IMG/VR virus record: IMGVR_UViG_3300032237_000145 | Span: 1 to 40,940 of that record | Source of the DNA: a virus | Lineage: Duplodnaviria; Caudoviricetes | Strand: one strand, 5' to 3' | Length of the DNA stretch: 40,940 nt | Shown here: one piece after another, positions 15,551-23,700 of the stretch | How positions within the stretch are numbered: the first letter of the stretch is position 1 | How the letters are laid out: each line of letters starts with the position of its first letter | The notes under the pieces: generated by a model | What the model was told of the DNA's origin: nothing | Database searches by the model: none | Seen by the model: the letters and a program-made list of their open reading frames with translations, nothing else | Translations under genes and position numbers: made by a program

Positions 15551-15752
15551 GAGTACTAAAAGTACTCCTCGGAGAGTGTGACTTGCGTCACATCGTACGC
15601 ATAAGAAGAGGGGGTTCGGGAAAATACTTTCCCAACCCACTCGGAAAAGACCCGTTTGAACGGGTCTTCTATAGTATATATATACTATTACGGAGTCGCT
15701 CCGTTTAAGACTCCGCTCCTCCTATATATATAATATATTTTAAATTTTTTTT
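15551..15752. repeat. cluster of six adjacent inverted repeats plus AT tract upstream of terminase (candidate pac/terminus/control region)
   Basis: IRs at 15551-15567, 15577-15592, 15612-15638, 15647-15668, 15671-15688, 15691-15715. Confidence 0.75.
15577..15592. promoter_or_regulatory. perfect CRP/GlxR-type box
   Basis: TGTGA-CTTGCG-TCACA matches TGTGA-N6-TCACA. Confidence 0.6.
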
Positions 15753-15805
15753 TCAAAATGCCCCCCTTATGCCGTTTATAGGGTACGTTAAATCGGCGTT
15801 TATAG

Positions 15806-17683
15806 ATGGGACGTAACATGGGACGCAAGGCTGGAAAACAGACTTATACTAAGGAAGATGCTCAGGCTAAAGTATTAGCCCTTCTGGAGCAAGGTGCCAC
15901 CGTCACAGCCGCTATGGCTGCCGTTGACCGTCAGGACACCGCCTTCCGCCAATGGACGATGCAGAGCCCAGAGTTCAAAGAGGCCTCAGATAAAGCACGC
16001 CTGGCGGGTAAAGGTATTAAGGCTGACCTAGCCGAGATGAAGGATATGCCCTTCCACGAATTCTCGGAGCAGTTTCTTGACTCACGACTCTTTAATCACC
16101 AGTTGGACTGGATTGACCTCATTGAAGGTAATAAGCCACGCTGGCTACCCGCTGGTATGACTTACGAACCTGGCGACCCTAACCGTGTCCTCATTAACGT
16201 GCCACCCGAGCACGCCAAGTCAACCACCATCACGACTAACTACGTGACGTACAAGATTGTGACCAACCCTAACACGCGAGTGATTATTGTTTCTAAAACA
16301 CAGGGTATGGCTCGCAAATTTTTGGGTGCTATTAAGACCCGACTATCCCATCCTGGATACATGAAACTCCAGACGGCCTTCGGCCCTAATGGTGGGTATA
16401 AGGCAGATGCTACACAGTGGTCTGCTGACATGATTTATCTAGGCACAGGCCGCGACTCTGGCGAAAAAGACCCTACGGTCCAAGCGCTTGGCTTTGGCTC
16501 TCAGATTTACGGTGCTCGCGCCGACCTGATTATCCTAGATGACGTAGTGATGGGTTCAAATGCCCATGAATGGGAAAAGCAAATTGAGTGGCTTCAGAAA
16601 GAAGTTATCACTCGTTTAGGCCGTCATGGTAAACTTATCATTGTAGGGACGCGTGTTGCATCTGTAGACCTCTACAAGATGATTAGAGATGGCGGACAAT
16701 GGACTGGCGGCAAGAGCCCCTTTACCTATTGTGCTATGCCAGCAGTTCTCCAGTTTGACGATAAACCTAAAAACTGGAAGACGCTTTGGCCTGAGACAGA
16801 CCAGCAAGAAAATGATTTAGACGAGGTTTTAGAAAATGGACTATATCCCAAGTGGGACGGACCTTCTCTCTTTAAGCGTCGCTCTGAGGTCGCCCCGTCT
16901 GTATGGGCAATGGTTTACCAACAGGAAGATGTCCAGGAAGATTCAATCTTCTCGCCTACTTGTATTGCAGGTTCAGTCAACGGAATGCGAAAACGCGGAC
17001 CGCTAAAGGCTGGAACCCCAGGACATCCACAGTATCTTGAAGGTTATACCATCATTGGTCTTGACCCTGCTATGGCGGGTGCTACAGGAGCAGTGGTTGC
17101 TACCTATAACCGCGCAGATGGACGTATCTATGTCTTGGACTGTGTCAATATGACTGACCCAAGTCCCGCAAAAATTGAAGCACTCATAGAAGAGTGGGTA
17201 GAGAAGTACCGCCCACAGGAACTAAGAGTAGAAATCAACGCGCATCAGAAGGCTTACGCCCTAGATGACAACTTAAGAAACTTTCTGGCATCTTATGGGT
17301 GTCAACTCAACTCGCACTTCACAGGCAAGAACAAGTGGGATACCTCATTTGGTGTAGCCTCTATGTCTATGCTCTTCGGTAACACCCGTGATGGGCGTTT
17401 CCAGGACAACAACATCATAGAACTGCCCAGCAATGAAGGTTCTGAGGGCCTAAAGACCCTAGTGCAGGAACTTATCACCTGGAAACCAGACACTAAGAAC
17501 CCAACAGACTGTGTAATGGCTCTATGGTTTACCATTATCCGCTTCCGCGAGATGATGCAACAGAGCAGTAATGCATCTAAATGGATGCAGAACCGATGGA
17601 CAACACAGGCTCAAGCCTCTAGGCGACAAGCAGTTAATTTAGATGAAGCGTTTGCTGACCAGTGGTCGCAAACTTACGGTTAG
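15806..17683 (+). CDS. terL: terminase large subunit with N-terminal HTH-like extension
   Basis: Walker A-like PPEHAKST, Walker B LIILDD, VGTR, nuclease GLDPA and D..MA. Confidence 0.92.
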   Translation: MGRNMGRKAGKQTYTKEDAQAKVLALLEQGATVTAAMAAVDRQDTAFRQWTMQSPEFKEASDKARLAGKGIKADLAEMKDMPFHEFSEQFLDSRLFNHQLDWIDLIEGNKPRWLPAGMTYEPGDPNRVLINVPPEHAKSTTITTNYVTYKIVTNPNTRVIIVSKTQGMARKFLGAIKTRLSHPGYMKLQTAFGPNGGYKADATQWSADMIYLGTGRDSGEKDPTVQALGFGSQIYGARADLIILDDVVMGSNAHEWEKQIEWLQKEVITRLGRHGKLIIVGTRVASVDLYKMIRDGGQWTGGKSPFTYCAMPAVLQFDDKPKNWKTLWPETDQQENDLDEVLENGLYPKWDGPSLFKRRSEVAPSVWAMVYQQEDVQEDSIFSPTCIAGSVNGMRKRGPLKAGTPGHPQYLEGYTIIGLDPAMAGATGAVVATYNRADGRIYVLDCVNMTDPSPAKIEALIEEWVEKYRPQELRVEINAHQKAYALDDNLRNFLASYGCQLNSHFTGKNKWDTSFGVASMSMLFGNTRDGRFQDNNIIELPSNEGSEGLKTLVQELITWKPDTKNPTDCVMALWFTIIRFREMMQQSSNASKWMQNRWTTQAQASRRQAVNLDEAFADQWSQTYG

Positions 17684-17690
17684 GATACCA

Positions 17691-19466
17691 ATGGCATTAT
17701 CAATGGAACAGGTTGCAGCACGCGTTGAAGCGTTGCGCTACCGTAACCACGAACGCGATGCTCGTAACCTTAGCGTACTTGCAGTCCGTAAGGGCCAAAT
17801 TGCATCTGTTTACCCTGAGTTCTTCCCAGAGGGCGTAGATGCTAACGTAGTAGCCAACTTTATTGACGTGGTGGCACGTGACCTATCTGAGGTTATGGCT
17901 CCACTTCCAGCAATTAACTGCTCTGCTGCTAACTCTGTTAGCGATAAGGCACGTAATTTTGCTGATAAGCGTACCCGTATTGCAGCCAACTACTTCTCTC
18001 ACTCTGACTTGTCAGTACAGATGTACTCTGGTGCAGACTGGTACCTAACATACGGTTTCGTTCCGTTCATGATTGAACTCGACGAAGATAGCAAGTTGCC
18101 GCGTATCCGCGTAGAAAATCCAATCGGGGCTTACCCAGAATTCGACCGCTACGGACGCTGTGTGGCATTTGCCAAGCGATATATGATGACTCTTGGAGAA
18201 CTTGTCGCACAGTTCCCAGAGTACGAGACTCAAATCCTCGGTCGTGACGGATATCAGCAGGACCTGCATGCGCAGGTTGAGATGATTCGTTATTATGACA
18301 AGGACCAATCTGTAATTTATTTACCTAAAAAAGGTAATTTAGTTCTATCTCGCGCATTGAATCCAATGGGCAAGATGATGGTTGTCGTGGCGCGTAAGCC
18401 GTCCATTGACGGTGAAATGCGTGGACAATTCGACGACGTATTAGGTATTCAACTTCTCCGCAACCGTTTCGCCCTATTGGCAATGGAAGCAGCAGAGAAG
18501 AGTGTTCAGGCACCAATCGTATTACCACAAGACGTACAAGAACTCCAGTTGGGTGGCGATGCGGTAATTCGTACCGCCAACCCAGCGGGCGTTCGTCGTG
18601 TCGAGTTGAACATCCCACAAGGTGCGTTCACAGAATCACAACTCCTTAACCAGGAACTTCGCTCAGGTACTCGTTATCCAGAAGGACGTTCTGGTAACAT
18701 TGATGCAAGCATCGTTACAGGTCAAGGCGTACAGGCGCTTATGGGTGCCTTTGATACACAGGTTAAGTCAGCACAGGCTATCTTTGCCTCTGCTCTACGT
18801 GATGTAGTCTCTCTCTGCTTTGAAGTAGATGAGAAGATTTTCCCACAAGAAAAGACTATTCGTGGTGTAGATTCTGGTTCTCCATACGAGATTACATACA
18901 AGCCAACCAAGGACATCAAGGGTGATTACTCTGCTGATGTACGCTATGGTATGCTTGCTGGTCTTAACCCTGCACAGGGACTTATCTTTATGCTTCAGGC
19001 TCTTGGTGGAGGACTTATCTCCAAGGATATGGCTATGCGTGAACTTCCGTTTACTGTAAACGTCACACAGGAACTTGAAAAAATTGAAATCGAAAACATG
19101 CGTTCATCACTTCTTAGTGGTATTACTGCGATGGCTCAGGCTATTCCGCAGATGGCTACACAAGGCGGAGACCCAGCATCTATCGTAACTAAGATTGCGG
19201 GAGTAATTTCTGCACGTCAAAAGGGTCAATCCCTTGAAGAGGCTATTGCCAACGTGTTTGCTCCTCAGCAGCCAGTTCCTCCTGCTGGTGCTGCAACTTC
19301 TCCTGTTGAGCAGCCGTCCCCTGTTCCAGGCGCGGCTCCAGTGGGAGGTTCCCCTCAAGGTGGACCAGCATTAGCGCCACCTAGACCAGCACCAGACCTG
19401 CAAACAATTTTATCCACACTTAGTGGCACTGGCAAGGCAACAGGACGAGTAACAACTAAGGGGTAG
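17691..19466 (+). CDS. portal protein
   Basis: ~590 aa directly after terminase, helical, Pro-rich C-terminus; likely start MALSMEQ at 17691. Confidence 0.85.
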   Translation: MALSMEQVAARVEALRYRNHERDARNLSVLAVRKGQIASVYPEFFPEGVDANVVANFIDVVARDLSEVMAPLPAINCSAANSVSDKARNFADKRTRIAANYFSHSDLSVQMYSGADWYLTYGFVPFMIELDEDSKLPRIRVENPIGAYPEFDRYGRCVAFAKRYMMTLGELVAQFPEYETQILGRDGYQQDLHAQVEMIRYYDKDQSVIYLPKKGNLVLSRALNPMGKMMVVVARKPSIDGEMRGQFDDVLGIQLLRNRFALLAMEAAEKSVQAPIVLPQDVQELQLGGDAVIRTANPAGVRRVELNIPQGAFTESQLLNQELRSGTRYPEGRSGNIDASIVTGQGVQALMGAFDTQVKSAQAIFASALRDVVSLCFEVDEKIFPQEKTIRGVDSGSPYEITYKPTKDIKGDYSADVRYGMLAGLNPAQGLIFMLQALGGGLISKDMAMRELPFTVNVTQELEKIEIENMRSSLLSGITAMAQAIPQMATQGGDPASIVTKIAGVISARQKGQSLEEAIANVFAPQQPVPPAGAATSPVEQPSPVPGAAPVGGSPQGGPALAPPRPAPDLQTILSTLSGTGKATGRVTTKG

Positions 19467-19467
19467 C

Positions 19468-20034
19468 ATGACAACTCTAGTAGCGATACAAGGTGACGGT
19501 TGGTCGGTATTAGGATGCGATTCAAGACTCAGCGATGATAATGGACGCTTTCAGATTGCAAAGACACCCAAGATAGTAGATAACAACGGCATTCTTATTG
19601 CTGGTTGTGGCTCATCACGTGCTAGTAATATCCTGCATTATGGATATACACAGCCTAAGCCTACGGTTAAAGAAGATTTAAATACCTACATGACCACCAA
19701 GTTCATTCCGCAGATGCGCAAGAACTTTGTAGAGGCTGGTATTGATATGAAAGAGGACGGCGATGTCGCACTTATTGATGGCGGATTCATCATCTCAGTC
19801 AAAGGGCAAGTTTTTTCGGTCTCTGAAGATTATTCTTGGGATACCGATATTCGTAACGTATACGTTATGGGTAGTGGTGGGGATGTTGCCCTCGGTGCAT
19901 TGGCAGCGTTGGGTGTGGAAAAAGTAAAGACTGTTAATCAAGCAGAGACAATGATTCGTAAAGCAATTGCTATTGCAATTCAATACGACAATATGTGCTC
20001 TGAACCAATTCATATATTTAGACAATACGCATAG
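19468..20034 (+). CDS. proteasome beta-subunit / HslV-like Ntn threonine protease
   Basis: Met-Thr-Thr N-terminus, 'GCDSR', 'PKI', 'IAGCG', 'GSGG..ALGAL'. Confidence 0.85.
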   Translation: MTTLVAIQGDGWSVLGCDSRLSDDNGRFQIAKTPKIVDNNGILIAGCGSSRASNILHYGYTQPKPTVKEDLNTYMTTKFIPQMRKNFVEAGIDMKEDGDVALIDGGFIISVKGQVFSVSEDYSWDTDIRNVYVMGSGGDVALGALAALGVEKVKTVNQAETMIRKAIAIAIQYDNMCSEPIHIFRQYA

Positions 20035-20042
20035 GAGTAAAC

Positions 20043-20531
20043 ATGGGTGGACAGGGAAGCGGTGGCGCTAACGGCGGACCACAGTACAATCCAGCAAATG
20101 TTTCTGGTACTGGCGGAGCAGGGCAGAGCGGTAACTATACAGGTTTTGCATATGGCCAAAATGGTGCGTTAAACAATTCAAGAATTGAAGGAAACGCAGC
20201 AGTAGCATCAGTTAATGCAGCAACACCTTCAGTGCCAGCAGAACCCTACCAGGGCATCAACATGCCACAACTAGGTACATTATTTGATAAGACAACTCGC
20301 CCAGATGAACCAATCACAGCAGGCGTTGATGGCAACACACCAGGCCCAGGAAGCGAAGTACTTCCACAGGGTTTGATGAATAATACTCGCATTGATGAAA
20401 ATGCAAAGATTGCTGCTCAGTATCTTCCAGATTTGGCAATGGCTGCAAAGTCTCCAGATGCACCAGATTCATTTAAGAACTTTGTAAACTACCTAATCCA
20501 GAACAGTCAGAGTGCAGTACAGAATGGCTGA
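20043..20531 (+). CDS. Gly/Pro/Asn-rich virion-associated protein
   Basis: low-complexity 162 aa, 'RPDEPITAG...GPG'; AGGAG SD. Confidence 0.5.
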   Translation: MGGQGSGGANGGPQYNPANVSGTGGAGQSGNYTGFAYGQNGALNNSRIEGNAAVASVNAATPSVPAEPYQGINMPQLGTLFDKTTRPDEPITAGVDGNTPGPGSEVLPQGLMNNTRIDENAKIAAQYLPDLAMAAKSPDAPDSFKNFVNYLIQNSQSAVQNG

Positions 20532-20733
20532 TGTTAATTGGATGCCTGGTAGCCTCTTCGACAATATTGACAAGTTTGCAAACTCATTAGGGTATCAAAA
20601 CTCAGCAATTGCAATTGAACTTGCTATGATGTCTTGGAAGTCTCCAGATGAGCGCGATGCTTTTATTACTAGCATTACTGGTGAAGACCCAAAGGGTGGA
20701 ACCGAAAAAAATTATATTAAACAAAACTTCTAG
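20524..20733 (+). CDS. small hypothetical virion-module protein
   Basis: likely start MADVNW overlapping upstream gene. Confidence 0.5.
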   Translation: MADVNWMPGSLFDNIDKFANSLGYQNSAIAIELAMMSWKSPDERDAFITSITGEDPKGGTEKNYIKQNF

Positions 20734-20742
20734 GGGGTAGGC

Positions 20743-23700
20743 ATGGCATTATTTAATTCATTCCTATCTACACTAGGTACAGGACTAAAGACAGTTACGG
20801 GTGGCGGAGACTACCTTAGCGAAGAAGAAAGAAAGAAGCAAGAGGCACTTAATTCAACTATTAAGAATGCTATTGCTGACGTAGATAAAGTAACATCTAA
20901 TATCCCTGGCAATAAAATTGCTAAGGCTGCAGTTAAGGTTACAGGCGACTTCTTGCTAGGAACTGCAAAGAAGTTTAATGATAAAGTCTACTCACCTTTA
21001 ATTTCTCGTCCTATTTCTACTCTTGGCCTTTTGAGTGATACTACCTCACCGCTCTATAAAAAGGGTCAGTACGAACAAGGTTTTCAATTTTCCGATATCC
21101 AGGCAGCATATGACCGCTCTGCTAAAGTTTCAGCAATGCAGGCCCTTACTAAGTCTAGTCTAGTCCCACTGATTTCAGAGACAGTTCTTTCCTACGGAAA
21201 AATTAATCTTGATGATGTAAACCTATGGGAAGACGAAAGCATCAAGAAGAATTTTGTCGACAATGCTGTTGGTCGCTGGTACACTGGCGTAGGTGACTTT
21301 GTTGTTGGCAACAAGGGCATCAGCGCCGCAGGTAAGATTTCTAAAGTTGCAGCGATTAAGATTGCAAAGCCACTTGGTCTATACACTAAAGGCAAGACAG
21401 TTGACCAACTTGCAGCAGACATGGAAACTGGCATCCTACACGGAACCACAAATGGCGCTCAGGGAACTCAGACAGTTGCTGGCAGCCATGTACTCCTCCT
21501 TGCTGGTACAAAGGACTGGGGAGTTATTGAAGACCTAGTCAAGAAGTATAGCACCAATGAAAGATTGATTCCAATCATTCATGATGCGAGCGACCCTAAT
21601 GTAGTCAAGGATTTGATTCTTGCCGATAAGGGCAATACTCAAGCGATGGAACGTCTTGCATCAACAGCAAGCGATAAGTTATTTGATATGAGCAATGTTA
21701 AGGCTCAGATTCAGAACAAGGTCTTGCAGACTGGTGAAGCATATCTTCCAGGGCCAGTTTCTGCTGCGCGTTTGCAGCAAGCATTTGATGCAGCGATTGA
21801 AAACAATCCTCAGTTCAAGAGAATTAAAGATGCGTTCTTTGATGCAAATTACAACCCAATCGTTGGCGGAAAAGACTTCATGCCTTTGGAGCCAACCTTT
21901 GGAACAAGCACTCTTATCAAGGGCCAAGAAAAACTTCGTGGCGTAAAGACTGCAATTCGCAACCGCGAGTATGAGAACGTTGCAAACTTTGCTGAAACTA
22001 CATTTGGTGAAACACTTGGCGGACTTGTAGTAAAGGGTGTACGACTTGCTGGTCGTGGCACAGAAGCGCTACCAACAGGCTTCGTATCTTTCTCTGGTAT
22101 GCGCCCACTACAGGCCCGCGTTGAACTCAAGGGATTCCTTGATAACCTAGAATTGCTTAGAGATGGCACAAAGAGTATTGAGACATCTCCAGGTGTCTTT
22201 GAGAAAACAAGCGTAGTGCGTCAGCGCCTAGAAGACCAGTACCTTAGTACTCTTGGTCAGGATTCTATCCTACAGGTTAACGCTCTCAAGGCAATTGATA
22301 CCCAAATTGGTAACATGATTGCTTTCAAGGCTGGCATGTATAATCAGGCAGAGATTAATTCTTACATCTCAAAGTTCCAGATGAATACTAGCAAAGGCAT
22401 TGAATCTGCAAAGAACAATGGTTTTGGAATTGGACATGACGGAAACGTCACACTCATTGACCCACAGACCGTTCGCCAGATTGCTGAGTCATACCGCTTT
22501 ACACCTTGGGATGATATCGAACGTCAGATTAACATTGAAACAACCAAGGGCCTAAAAGGTAAAGCACGCGCAGCGCAACGCTTGCGCCAGAACGTATTCC
22601 AAGACTTAAACAGTCTCTGGTCATATGATGTGCTTGCACGTCCTTCATACGCATTCAAACAGTCTCTATTTGAGCCTATCATTAGTGCTGGCCTCTCGCA
22701 GGGTATTCACTTTGTTATCAATGACATCGTTCGTAATGGTGCATCTATGGCATCAAAGAATGTTTATAACTGGAGCAATGATATCCTGAGAAGGAAAGTG
22801 GTTAATCGTTCAGAGTATAAGGCTGTTGCCGATAACGTAAACGATAAGTCTAAGGCTCTAGAACTTGCCATTCGCATGAAGATGACTGCTCAGGCATCAG
22901 TAGAAGAGTTGCTTACAACAGCATCTCCAGCGACAAAAGCACAGCATCTTACTGCTGCTCAAAAAGAATTAAAGGCTGCATCAAAAATTGTTGATAGCAT
23001 TGAACTAGAACTACGCGATGCAATGGTCCCATACGGCGGAGTTGAAGCAGTGCCAAGCATGGCTACTCTTGAGCGTCGCGTTAAGTATCTTTCTGAATAC
23101 GAGAAGGTAGACCTAGTTGCCCTCAATGAGGCACAGGATGCAATCGATAATTACAAGAAGGTAATTAGCAATCTAGCAACCAATAAGCAAGTTATTATGG
23201 ATGCTGACAAGGCTGTAGAAGATGCCTACGTTAAAATTGACGCTGCGCTAAAAGAACTCGGCGAAGCAAGAGTTAAGCAGGCTGACGTATTTGGTAAGAG
23301 TGCAAAGTTCAAAGAGCGCTATTATTCAAAGGAAAAGCATACCTTTATTATCAAGGGACAGCAGGTATCTGTTGATTCCTTTATCCAGGAACAGTCTGCT
23401 GGTCAGACCAACTACTTTACATCTGCAGTACGTGAAGAAACAAAGAACGGTCGCACTAGCACACTTAACTTCCTTGGTGAACTAGCAACTGGCCAGACTG
23501 CATCTATGATTAAGCGCAAAGCGCCACTTGCAAGAATCGGCGTGCAGGATGCAACATATTTTGAAGAACTTGCACATATTGCGAATCGTCAATATCGTGG
23601 CGATGAACTTATGAACCTAATCTTCGCTGAGACATCAATGGATGAACTCATTGTTTGGTCTAAGACCAACAGTGGCAAGGCGTACCTAAAGAACCCAGCA

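Larger units (their letters stand above)
10145..15664. repeat. dispersed 14-bp palindrome TCCGTTTAAACGGA, about 10 copies
   Basis: perfect at 10145, 11410, 12294, 13515, 14091, 15376; one mismatch at 14397, 14506, 14647; variant CCCGTTTGAACGGG at 15651; partial at 15700. Confidence 0.95.

Noticed and set aside
10145-15664. Palindromic repeats as a CRISPR array
   Set aside because: Repeats are only 14-19 bp, spaced irregularly from about 100 to over 1200 bp, and several lie inside genes; no cas operon
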